64,000 nucleotides of DNA from an uncultured Chloroflexia bacterium (GTDB taxonomy: Bacteria; Chloroflexota; Limnocylindria; Limnocylindrales; CSP1-4), in the NCBI GenBank assembly GCA_963759495.1, contig CAVWZL010000003.1:43234-107233 (forward strand), given 5' to 3'. Positions 53,814 through 64,000 of this stretch are shown piece by piece (positions within the stretch are counted from its first letter, which is position 1; each line of letters opens with the position of its first letter). The notes under the pieces are model-generated. The model was given only the letters and a program-made list of their open reading frames with translations, made no database searches and was not told where the DNA came from. A program made the translations under genes and the position numbers.

Positions 53814-54063
53814 GGTCCGGGATGACTCCAGGAAAAAAAGGAAGGAAGAAACGGGCCAGGGACGCGATGTCGAGGCCCGACTATACGGACGGGACGTTGG
53901 AACGGGACCGTTTCCCATCGTCCTCGGACCACTTCCCGGTGACCCACGTCACCACGCGGCACGGTTCGGTGGCGTCCGGGCCGGATGAGTGCGCGCGGAC
54001 GCCGGAACCTCCGTGACGGCTCTCCCGGGTGATACCCTCTCGCGCCAAGGAGAGTGCCGCCGA

Positions 54064-56556
54064 GTGTCCACGGTACCGCGTCCCGCACCCGGTCCGCTCG
54101 TCGTTCCAACGGGTGCCGTCATCCCGGGTCGAGCCGAGCGTCGGGGACCCCTTCGCCGTGAGGGTCCAGAGAAGCTGACCGGCGCCGCGCTGTACACCGA
54201 CGACCTCGTGTTTCCCGGTGCCTGGTACGGCGCGACGATCCGATCGAGCGACGCCCACGCGCGCCTGATCGCGTTCGATCGGGACGAGGCCTTCGACTGG
54301 GGACAGGTCGTGCTCGTGACGGCCGCCGACATCCCGGGTGACAACATCGTGTCGCTCATCAGCGACGACCAGCCTGTCCTCGTCCCGATCGGCGGCGAGA
54401 TCCAGCATCACGCCGAGCCGCTCGCGCTGATCGCGGCGCCCGACCGGGCGACGCTCCGTGCGGCCCGGCACGCGATCACGGCCCGAACCGAGCCGCTGCC
54501 GCCCGTCTTCGACCCGCTCGCGAGCGAGCACGTCTTCGCCCACTACGAGATCGCGTCGGGCAATCTGGACGACGGCTTCGCCGAGGCCGATCTCGTCCTC
54601 GAGGGCACGTACCGGGTCGGGCACCAGGAGCAGCTCTACATCGAGAACAACGCGATGATCGCGGTGCCCGAGGAGCACGGCGGCATCACCGTCCACGGCT
54701 CGCTCCAGTGCCCGTACTACGTCCACAAGGCGATGAAGCGGGCGCTCGCGCTCGACGACATCCAGACGCGCGTGATCCAGGCCGAGACCGGGGGTGGGTT
54801 TGGCGGCAAGGAGGAGTACCCCTCGATCCTCGCGATCCACGCCGCGCTCCTTGCCCGCGCCTGCCGAAAGCCCGTCCGGATGATCTACGACCGGCACGAG
54901 GACATCTCGGCGACGACGAAGCGTCACCCGGCGGTCGTGACCCACCGAACCGGGATCCGTCGCGACGGCACGCTCGTGGCGCAGGACATCGACGTGGTCA
55001 TGGACGGTGGCGCGTACTCGACGCTCACGCCGGTCGTGCTCTCACGTGGCGCGCTCCATGCCGGCGGGCCGTACCGCTGCCCGAATGTTCGGATTCGCGC
55101 GCGGGCGACCCGCACGAACACGCCGCCCAACGGCGCGTTTCGCGGGTTTGGCGCGCCACAGACCGAGTTCGCCGCCGAGATCCAGCTGAACCGCCTGGCC
55201 GAGGCGATCGGCCGGAGCCCGCTCGACGTGCGGCGACAGAACGTGTACGTCCCGGGGGACACGACCCCGACGGGGCAGGTGCTGCGCGAGAGCGTCGCGG
55301 GCGAGGAGGTCCTGGAACGAGCCGTCGAAGCGGCCGAGTTCGAGCGCCTGCGCCAGCGCTTCGCGGCAGAACGCACTGCCCTCGAGCCCGCCGTGACCAA
55401 CGGCAAGGACGGCTCGCTTCGCTCGGGCGCGCGCCAGCGTGCGTCGGGGATCGGGCTGGCGCTGGCCTGGCATGGGGCCGGATTCACGGGCTCGGGTGAG
55501 GTGAAGCTCGCATCGGTTGCGTCGGTCGAGCTGACCGGGGACGGCCGGATCTCGATCCTCACCGGCTCGACCGAGATGGGCCAGGGCACCAAGACGATCT
55601 TCCCGCAGCTCGTCGCCGACGCCCTCGGCGTGCCGTACGAGGATGTCGAGATTGCCCCGCAGGACACCGCCTACGTACCGGATTCGGGGCCGACGGTGGC
55701 GTCGCGCACGGCGATGGTCGTCGGCGGGCTCGTGATCCACGCCGCGCGCCGGCTCCGGGAGACGGTCGAGACGGCGACAGGTCGGGCATTCGTTGACGCC
55801 TACCGGGAGTACGCCCAGGCCAACGGCCCGCTGCGGATCGACCAGCGCTTCGAGCCGTACCCCGGCATCCACTTCGACGATCAGACGTATCGCGGCGATG
55901 CCTATCCCGCATTCGGCTGGGCGGCCTGCGTCGCCCAGGTCGAGGTCGATCTCGACACGGGCGAGGTGGCGGTGAAGGACGTCGTCGCCGCCGACGACAT
56001 CGGCAAGGTGATCCACCCGGTGCTCGCCGAGGGACAGGTCGAGGGCGGCACGCTGCAGGCCGTCGGGTACGCGACGATCGAGGAGATGAAGCTGCGCGAC
56101 GGCCGGTATCTCAACGACCGGCTCGCCACCTACCTGATCCCGACGGCCCTCGATGCACCGCGCATCTCCACGATCCTCGTCGAGTCGCCGTTTCCGAGCG
56201 CGCCGCACCTTGCCAAGGGAGTAGGGGAGCTGCCGATGGACGTCGGGGCGCCCGCCGTCATCGCCGCGATCCACGACGCGACCGGCGTCTGGATCCACGA
56301 GCTGCCCGCCACGCCCGAACGCATTCTCGCGGCGCTCCATGCCGTTGCGCCGCCGCCCGAGACCGGCCGGCCGGGCGTGGCGCCGCAGCCCGGGCGGGCC
56401 GGCCCGGCCACGACCGATGCGGCGGTCGATGCGCCAATCGGGGCCGGCACGGATCCGCGACCCGATGCGCCGACCGACCCATTGCCCCTCCGCGGCGTCC
56501 AGCCCGATGGCGACATCCCGACCGGTGCCGAGCCCGACGACGGAACGTCCGCATGA
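54064..56556 (+). CDS. xanthine dehydrogenase / aldehyde oxidoreductase family molybdopterin-binding subunit
   Basis: Aldehyde-oxidase/xanthine-dehydrogenase a/b-hammerhead and MoCo-binding domains (GGGFGGKEEY, GFRGFGAPQ, TEMGQGT). Start uncertain (GTG at 54064 after an AAGGAG Shine-Dalgarno, or ATG at 53989). Pro/Ala/Asp-rich ~70-aa C-terminal tail. Confidence 0.8.
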   Translation: MSTVPRPAPGPLVVPTGAVIPGRAERRGPLRREGPEKLTGAALYTDDLVFPGAWYGATIRSSDAHARLIAFDRDEAFDWGQVVLVTAADIPGDNIVSLISDDQPVLVPIGGEIQHHAEPLALIAAPDRATLRAARHAITARTEPLPPVFDPLASEHVFAHYEIASGNLDDGFAEADLVLEGTYRVGHQEQLYIENNAMIAVPEEHGGITVHGSLQCPYYVHKAMKRALALDDIQTRVIQAETGGGFGGKEEYPSILAIHAALLARACRKPVRMIYDRHEDISATTKRHPAVVTHRTGIRRDGTLVAQDIDVVMDGGAYSTLTPVVLSRGALHAGGPYRCPNVRIRARATRTNTPPNGAFRGFGAPQTEFAAEIQLNRLAEAIGRSPLDVRRQNVYVPGDTTPTGQVLRESVAGEEVLERAVEAAEFERLRQRFAAERTALEPAVTNGKDGSLRSGARQRASGIGLALAWHGAGFTGSGEVKLASVASVELTGDGRISILTGSTEMGQGTKTIFPQLVADALGVPYEDVEIAPQDTAYVPDSGPTVASRTAMVVGGLVIHAARRLRETVETATGRAFVDAYREYAQANGPLRIDQRFEPYPGIHFDDQTYRGDAYPAFGWAACVAQVEVDLDTGEVAVKDVVAADDIGKVIHPVLAEGQVEGGTLQAVGYATIEEMKLRDGRYLNDRLATYLIPTALDAPRISTILVESPFPSAPHLAKGVGELPMDVGAPAVIAAIHDATGVWIHELPATPERILAALHAVAPPPETGRPGVAPQPGRAGPATTDAAVDAPIGAGTDPRPDAPTDPLPLRGVQPDGDIPTGAEPDDGTSA

Positions 56557-57038
56557 CGGCCTACCGGTTTGCGGTCAACGGGGCCGAGGTCGAGGTCGAG
56601 GCCCCCGGCATGCGGCGGCTGCTCGACGTGCTGCGCGAGGAGCTGGCGCTGACCGGCACGAAGGAGGGCTGCGGCGAAGGCGAGTGCGGCGCCTGCACGG
56701 TGCTCCTCGACGGTGCCGTCGTCGACGCATGTCTGGTGCCCGTCTGCCAGGCGGACGGCTCGGACGTCCGGACGGTCGAAGGGCTGGCCGGCTCTCCGGT
56801 CGTGCCAGGCGGTCCGCCGCGTCTCGATGCTCTCCAGGCCGCGTTCCTCGAAGCCGGTGGCGCGCAGTGCGGGATCTGCACCCCCGGCATGCTCATGTCG
56901 GCACGCGCCTACCTCGATGCCGGCGGAGGCCCCGACGAGGACGCGATCCGCGAGGCCATCGCGGGCAATCTGTGCCGCTGCACCGGCTACACGAAGATCA
57001 TCGAGGCCATTGCGCATGCCGCCGAAGGTGCAGCGTGA
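56553..57038 (+). CDS. (2Fe-2S)-binding small subunit of xanthine dehydrogenase family enzyme
   Basis: CGEGECGACTV and CGICTPGM ... CRCTGY cysteine clusters. ATGA overlap. Confidence 0.85.
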   Translation: MTAYRFAVNGAEVEVEAPGMRRLLDVLREELALTGTKEGCGEGECGACTVLLDGAVVDACLVPVCQADGSDVRTVEGLAGSPVVPGGPPRLDALQAAFLEAGGAQCGICTPGMLMSARAYLDAGGGPDEDAIREAIAGNLCRCTGYTKIIEAIAHAAEGAA

Positions 57039-57893
57039 GCATCGAGCCGCCGGTGGTCACCGCCCGGTCCCTCGCCGAGGCATATGCCGTCCTCGGCGAG
57101 GCGCCACATCGGCCGATTGCGGGCGGCACGGACGTGATGGTGCAGCTCAACGGCGAGCTCGGGGAGCCTCCTGCGCGGATGGTCGACCTCTGGCGGCTCG
57201 ACGAGCTGCGCGGGATCCGGCAGCGTCGATGACGCCATCGAGCTCGGTGCCCTCACGACCTATACCGACATCCGCCAATCGGCGCTGTGTCGCGAGCATC
57301 TGCCGGCGCTCGTCGATGCCGCGGCAACCATCGGCGCGGCCCAGATCCAGAACCGGGGTACGCTCGGCGGCAACGCGATGAACGCCTCCCCGGCCGGCGA
57401 CACGCTCCCGGTCCTGCTCGCGACCGATGCCGTCCTCGTGGCCGGCTCGCTGCGCGGCGAGCGGTCCATCCCCGTCACCGACTTCTGGGTCGCCTACCGT
57501 CGCACGGCCCTCGAGCCCGATGAGCTGCTGCTGCGGATTCGGATTCCGCTCGTGCCGGACCGTGAGCTTCGGTTTCGCAAGATCGGGACGCGCCGCGCGC
57601 AGGCGATCAGCAAGGTGGTCATGTGCCTCGCATGGCGCTCCACCGGCGAGGAAGGTCCGTGGTCCGATGTTCGGCTCGCCCTCGGCTCCGTGGCGGACCG
57701 TCCCGTGCGTGCCATGGCGACCGAGGCCGTCCTCGAGGGGGCGCGGGCGGACGCCCGGACGGCCGATGCGGCGGCGGAGACCCTGGCCGGCGAGCTGAAT
57801 CCGATCGATGACGTGCGGTCCACCGCCGACTACCGGCGGACCGTCGCCGCACGAGTGCTGCACCGACTTGTCCGCGATGCGGGAGGATGGTGA
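57035..57893 (+). CDS. FAD-binding (CoxM/XdhB-like) subunit of xanthine dehydrogenase family enzyme, with an apparent frameshift near 57220
   Basis: PIAGGTDVMVQLN in ORF 56339..57232. The continuation (IELGALTT...NRGTLGGNAMNASPAGD...) is in ORF 57378..57893. GTGA overlap with the FeS subunit gene. Confidence 0.75.
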
Positions 57894-58435
57894 GCATGGA
57901 CGACCCCCGCACCATCCGCATCCCGGACCTGGCCACCCTGAACGAGGCCTCGGCCGCGGAATTCTCGGCCGCCGTTGGGCCGCTGTTCGAGAACGCGCCG
58001 CGATTCCTCGCCCGGCTGGCGGAGGCCCGCCCGTTCGCGTCGGTCGATGGCATGTTCGACGCCGCACGGGAGATCGCGCACGCGATGCCCGATGAGGAGC
58101 AGGTCGAGCTCGTCGACGCGCATCCGCGGCTCGGCGCCCCACCCAGCTCGGTCTCGCCGCTGTCGTACCGGGAGCAGGGCTACAACTCGGCCATCGCCGA
58201 CCAGGACCGCGCCCGCCTGACGTCGCAGTTCGACCGTCTCAACGCGGCGTACGAGACGCGCTTCGGGTTCCGGTACTGCGTCAACGTCGCCGGCAGGTCG
58301 CGTGCTGCCTTGCTGCCCGACATGAAGACGGCGCTGCAGCGGGGCCGGCCCGTCGAGCTGCGCCGCGCGATCGACGCGGTCGTCGACATCGCTCGCGACC
58401 GCTTCTCCCGGCTCGGTGCCGGCCTGGACGGGTGA
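57887..58435 (+). CDS. uraD: 2-oxo-4-hydroxy-4-carboxy-5-ureidoimidazoline (OHCU) decarboxylase
   Basis: HPRLG and RFGFRYCVNVAGRS motifs characteristic of OHCU decarboxylase. Confidence 0.75.
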   Translation: MVSMDDPRTIRIPDLATLNEASAAEFSAAVGPLFENAPRFLARLAEARPFASVDGMFDAAREIAHAMPDEEQVELVDAHPRLGAPPSSVSPLSYREQGYNSAIADQDRARLTSQFDRLNAAYETRFGFRYCVNVAGRSRAALLPDMKTALQRGRPVELRRAIDAVVDIARDRFSRLGAGLDG

Positions 58436-59276
58436 TCGAGCTCGGCCCGAACCGGTACGGGAAGGCCGCGATCCGGCTGGTCCGCGTCTGGCGCGGCGAA
58501 GGACCGCACCGGCTCCGCGATCTCACGGTCGCGATCGCGCTCGAAGGCGACTTTGCGGCCGCCCACACGGACGGTGACAACGCCCTCGTCGTGGCCACCG
58601 ACACGATGAAGAACACGGTCTACGCGTTCGCGAAGGATCGGCTCGAGGGCTCGCTCGAGGCCTTCGGTCGCGCGCTCGCAGAGCACTTCGTGGCCGAGCC
58701 GCAGGTGGATCGCGCGACGGTCTCGCTCCGGGAGCACGGCTGGGCGCCGATCGCGGCTGCCGCCGGTCCCGCTCCGGACGCGTTCCTCCGCGGTGAGGCA
58801 GGCACGCGCGTCGCGACGATCGCAACCGACATGGGTGGCACGACCGTCGAGGCCGGGGTCGAGGACCTGGTCGTGATGAAAACCGCCCGCTCCGGGTTCA
58901 GTGGCTTCCCGCGCGACGCGTACACCACGCTCCCCGAGACCGATGACCGGATCATGGCCACGAAGCTGACCGCGATCTGGCGCTACGGGGCGCCGGACCT
59001 CGCCACGGACGGTGCCCATGCCGCCGTCCAGGCCACGCTGCTCGAGGTCTTCGCCGACCACGACAGCCCGTCGGTCCAGACCTCGGTCTGGCGCATGGCC
59101 CAGGCAATTCTCGAACGGCACGCGGAGGTCGAGGAGGTGCGCATGGCACTGCCGAACCTGCACCACTGGCTCGTGGACCTGCGACCGTTCGGGCTCGAGA
59201 ACGACAACGAGGTCTTCCTCGCGACGACCGAGCCGCACGGGCTCATCGAGGCGACCGTCCGCCGGGGGGAGAGCTG

Positions 59277-59277
<1 letters not shown>
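58432..59277 (+). CDS. urate oxidase (uricase)
   Basis: [19 protein letters not shown]-terminus and tandem T-fold. GTGA overlap with uraD. Confidence 0.8.
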
Positions 59278-60854
<1,577 letters not shown>

Positions 60855-60864
60855 GGCAACGCGC

Positions 60865-61662
60865 TCAGCGCGCCGTCACGCGCTCGACGATGAGGGCCGC
60901 GACGCGCTCGGGTGCCTCCGCGGCGACCAGGTGGGCGACATCCGGCAGCACCGTCATGGTCGCGTTCGGCAAGACAGCGACGAGGTATCGCGCCGTGGCC
61001 TCGTTGTCCGACAGGTCCAGACCGCCCACGACGCAGAGGACCGGCATCGTGGCCGCCTCCAGCCGACCGGAGGCCGGCGGGTCGAGACGCATGGGTGTTG
61101 CCCGGATGCGGTCGGGGCTCTCAGCATCGCGGATCATCGGGCGCAGCCAGTCTCGGGTCGCGCTGGGGAGCCGGTCCTCGGGCTGGCCGAGCCCATCGAC
61201 CCAGAGCCGCAGCTCGAAGTCGACGAGAGCCTCGAGGTCGCCGGCCTGCTCGAGCCGCTCCATCTCCTCGTAGGCCAGCCGCTCCTCGTCCGTTGGCTCC
61301 GGCTGGTGGCCCGAGATGTTCGATGCGAGCAGGACCACGCGCGCGACGCGGCCCGGGTGCTGCACCGCTGCATCGAACGCAATCACCCCTCCGCGCGAGT
61401 TCCCGACGAGCGTCGCCTGGGGGAGATCGAACGCGTCGAGGACGGCCAGCAGATCCTCGCTGTCGCTGAACGGGACGCTCTCCGTCTCCGAGCTGCCGTA
61501 GTTGCGCACGTCGTATCGGATCACACGGAGCCCGGCGTTCACGAGCAGCGGTACGAGCGGATCCCAGGCTCGCGCGTCCACGATCCCGGCGTGCACCAGG
61601 ACGACGGGCGGCCCCACGCCGTCGGCCTGGGCAGCGAGCCGTCCGCCCGGGACGCCGACCAT
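60865..61662 (-). CDS. alpha/beta-fold hydrolase
   Basis: Nucleophile elbow GNSRGG. The ATG is internal to ORF 60865..62082. Confidence 0.65.
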   Translation of the reverse strand: MVGVPGGRLAAQADGVGPPVVLVHAGIVDARAWDPLVPLLVNAGLRVIRYDVRNYGSSETESVPFSDSEDLLAVLDAFDLPQATLVGNSRGGVIAFDAAVQHPGRVARVVLLASNISGHQPEPTDEERLAYEEMERLEQAGDLEALVDFELRLWVDGLGQPEDRLPSATRDWLRPMIRDAESPDRIRATPMRLDPPASGRLEAATMPVLCVVGGLDLSDNEATARYLVAVLPNATMTVLPDVAHLVAAEAPERVAALIVERVTAR

Positions 61663-61673
61663 TCGAGCCTCCG

Positions 61674-63080
61674 TCACGCCACGCCGGCCCGCCCGCGCTC
61701 GACGAACTGGCCTGCGCCGCGGGTTCCCACGAAGACGCCGTCGCGAATGACCGCCCTGCCGCGCACGAAGACGCTCCGGACGGCACCGGCCTTTTCGAGG
61801 CCCTCGTAGGGCGTGTAGTCGCTGGTGTGGTGCAGGTCCGTGGCCAGGATCGTTCCCCGGACGGCGGGATCGAACAGCACGAGATCGGCATCGCGGCCCG
61901 GCTCGATCGCGCCTTTCCGCTCGAAGCCGAAGAGTCGAGCCGGGGTGGTCGAGAGGAGGTCCACGAGGCGCTCGACCGTGATCCGGCCCGTGGCCACGCC
62001 GCGCGCGTAGACGACCGCGAGGAGCGTCTCGATCCCGGGCGCTCCGTTGCTGATGCGGTCGAACGGCACGCCGGACAGGCATTCGGCCTTCTCGAGGGAC
62101 CGCCGATCCGGCACGTGGTCGGTCGCGACGAGGTCGAGCTCACCTGCGGCCAGTCCCGCCCAGAGCGCGTCCCGATCGGCGGGCGCACGGAGTGGGGGAG
62201 CGATGATCGCGCAGGCGACGTCGAGCGGGTCGGACTGCTCGTAGCGGCCGGCGTCCAGCGTCAGGTAGTGCGGGCAGGTCTCGGCGAAGGCCCGCGTTCC
62301 CCGTGCGCGCGCGGCCCGGACCTGGTCGAGCGCGGCCGCGGACGACAGGTGGACCACGTACACAGGCGCATCGGCCGCGTCGGCGAACGCCATCGCCCGG
62401 TGGGTCGCCACGGCCTCGGCGGCAGTCGTCCGGGTCGTGGCATGGAAGCGACCCGCGGTGTCGCCACGGGCCAGCGCGTCGGTCACGGCCGCGTCGATCA
62501 GGACTGGATCCTCGCAGTGGACCTGGAGCATGCCGCCGCGCCGGCCCATCGCCCGCATCGCTTCAAAGAGCTGGCGGTCCCCGAGCCGAAAGTCGAACAC
62601 CATGAAGGCCTTGCAGGTCGGGACGCCCGCGTCGACGACGGCCGGAAGCTCCGCGATCGGGTCGTCCATCGTGCCGCTGATCGCGAGGCTCACCCCGTAA
62701 TCGATCGCCGAGTCATTGCCCGTGGCTGCGCGCCACTCCCGGAGCCCGGTGAGGAGGGAGCGTTCGGCCTGCGGTGAGGAGCCCGTGCCGGGGTTGTTGA
62801 ACGACAGGAACGTCGTGGTCCCCCCGAACGCCGCCGCGACCGAGTCCTGGAAGAAGCGGTCCGGGTGCTCGTCGCTGGCAACGCGGGTGTGCGTGTGCAC
62901 GTCGACGACCCCTGGCAGCACGAGGAGGCCCGCCGCCTCGACCAGCTCATCAGCCGTCTCCTCGTGCGACCCGATGCCAGCCTCGACCGCGGCGATCCGT
63001 CCGTCCTCGACCAGCACATCGGCAAGCCGCGACCCACCCGCCGTCACGACCGTGCCGCCACGGACCAGCAGCCGGCTCAA
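61674..63080 (-). CDS. allantoinase / cyclic amidohydrolase (D-hydantoinase-dihydropyrimidinase family)
   Basis: RGGTVV N-terminus, DVHTH and HCED motifs. Probable TTG start (MSRLLVRGGTVV) placed after the stop of the upstream DUF gene. Confidence 0.75.
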   Translation of the reverse strand: MSRLLVRGGTVVTAGGSRLADVLVEDGRIAAVEAGIGSHEETADELVEAAGLLVLPGVVDVHTHTRVASDEHPDRFFQDSVAAAFGGTTTFLSFNNPGTGSSPQAERSLLTGLREWRAATGNDSAIDYGVSLAISGTMDDPIAELPAVVDAGVPTCKAFMVFDFRLGDRQLFEAMRAMGRRGGMLQVHCEDPVLIDAAVTDALARGDTAGRFHATTRTTAAEAVATHRAMAFADAADAPVYVVHLSSAAALDQVRAARARGTRAFAETCPHYLTLDAGRYEQSDPLDVACAIIAPPLRAPADRDALWAGLAAGELDLVATDHVPDRRSLEKAECLSGVPFDRISNGAPGIETLLAVVYARGVATGRITVERLVDLLSTTPARLFGFERKGAIEPGRDADLVLFDPAVRGTILATDLHHTSDYTPYEGLEKAGAVRSVFVRGRAVIRDGVFVGTRGAGQFVERGRAGVA

Positions 63081-63105
63081 TCGCCCTCGCCGACCTCGGG
63101 CATCC

Positions 63106-63531
63106 TCAGCCCTCGGCCTCCACGATCCGGATCGGCTGGGCGCCTTCCCACAGGCAGCGGCGCCCGACCTCGCGGAGCCGGTCCTGCCAGCCGTCGTCGG
63201 GCTCCAGCGTGGCGAAGTGGTTCGCTGCCAACTGGCCAACCTTCGACGACGTCGCGCAGGCCCCGTACGGGAAGAAGATCTCGCACTCGCTGATGCCACC
63301 GGGATAGATCGCGAGCATCCCGGGCGCCGGATGCGACGTGTGGTTCTCGTAGTCGATGCCCGGCCGGAAGTCTCCGAACGGGATCCACGTGGACTCGCCG
63401 CTCCAGCGGCAGTGGATCAGCTGCGAGTCGACCGGCAGCATCGACCGGATCGCCTCGACCGTCGCAGGCGCGGCGTCCTCCCAGCGGGCGTTAAAGTGCA
63501 GGTCACCGACCTCGATTCGCAAGGTACCCAT
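63106..63531 (-). CDS. hypothetical protein (possible DUF3830/cyclophilin-like fold) heading the allantoinase operon
   Basis: The 140-aa ORF probably starts at the second Met (MGTLRIEVG), because the first Met would overlap the divergent uraH. Confidence 0.45.
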   Translation of the reverse strand: MGTLRIEVGDLHFNARWEDAAPATVEAIRSMLPVDSQLIHCRWSGESTWIPFGDFRPGIDYENHTSHPAPGMLAIYPGGISECEIFFPYGACATSSKVGQLAANHFATLEPDDGWQDRLREVGRRCLWEGAQPIRIVEAEG

Positions 63532-63545
63532 GCGCGGAGGATAGC

Positions 63546-63920
63546 GTGGCCACCCCGCCCGCAACCGGCGTCCCGACGATCTCGACGCACGTGCTCGATG
63601 CCGAGCGCGGCATGCCGGCGGTCGGCGTGCACGTGACGCTGTACCGGCTTGGCGAGGACGCGCGGCCGATCCGCCTGACCCAGGCGCTGACCGACGCGGA
63701 TGGGCGGGTTCGCGACCTGCTCGAACGGCCGATGGCGCCAGGTGACTACCGGCTCGAGTTCACGCTCGTTCGCGACCGTCAGGATCCTGATGCCCCGGCC
63801 GAGAGCGATCGGTTCTTCCGTCGCCTGTCACTCGACCTGCGGGTGACCGACACGGCGCGGAGCTACCACGTGCCATTGCTCCTCGCGCCGTACTCGATGA
63901 CGACGTACCGGGGCAGCTGA
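63546..63920 (+). CDS. uraH: 5-hydroxyisourate hydrolase (transthyretin-like)
   Basis: STHVLD N-terminal motif and the diagnostic C-terminal YRGS tetrapeptide. Confidence 0.8.
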   Translation: MATPPATGVPTISTHVLDAERGMPAVGVHVTLYRLGEDARPIRLTQALTDADGRVRDLLERPMAPGDYRLEFTLVRDRQDPDAPAESDRFFRRLSLDLRVTDTARSYHVPLLLAPYSMTTYRGS

Positions 63921-63922
63921 CC

Positions 63923-64000
63923 TAGTTCATCGACGCAAACGCGTCGATATCGAACCGCGGACGTCCGGCGGTGCCGACCACGACCAGCTTGATCGTGTGG
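63923..64000 (-). CDS. 3'-partial CDS of unknown function
   Basis: Reverse-strand reading ...HTIKLVVVGTAGRPRFDIDAFASMN* ends at a TAG around 63923-63925. Confidence 0.25.

Overview
This is a high-GC (about 70%) actinobacterial-type chromosomal segment carrying roughly 60 densely packed genes, with frequent 4-nt start/stop overlaps (ATGA/GTGA), many GTG/TTG starts, one tRNA-His, and no transposase, integrase or CRISPR signal. Gene content is mostly core and accessory metabolism. It includes a frameshifted PTS enzyme I, ccsA/resC, adenosine deaminase, leucyl aminopeptidase, a prepilin peptidase, an M23 peptidase with a long structured leader, glgC, a nicotinate phosphoribosyltransferase-like gene, an MsiK-like sugar ABC ATPase and a copA P-type ATPase. 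It also carries an MFS transporter with an ArsR-like regulator, a lipase-maturation-factor gene with a CrtI-like oxidoreductase, a GT4 glycosyltransferase, bioY, and a SorC-family regulator followed by an FGGY kinase and a NitT/TauT-type ABC importer. The last ~10 kb is a purine/urate catabolic cluster (xanthine-dehydrogenase-like Mo, FeS and FAD subunits, uraD, uricase, malate synthase, allantoinase, uraH). The most unusual locus, at 4.8-10.4 kb, is a translationally coupled two-gene module: a class III nucleotidyl cyclase fused to a STAND (NB-ARC) ATPase and TPR array, followed by a 985-aa protein combining a 12-TM transporter, HEAT repeats and a C-terminal cyclic-nucleotide-binding domain. 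That is a self-contained cNMP signal-generator/receptor pair, and it could alternatively be a STAND/Pycsar-like module. At least 10 conserved genes carry single-base frame disruptions at G/C runs, which points to homopolymer sequencing errors rather than gene decay. ORF-track boundaries should therefore not be trusted near them. Several AT-containing extended -10-like motifs recur in the otherwise GC-rich intergenic regions (an identical 13-mer CGTGCTAGCATCG occurs twice), marking probable promoters including leaderless ones. Start-codon coordinates in the features below are reconstructed by counting codons from the ORF-track ORF boundaries and may be off by 1-3 nt.
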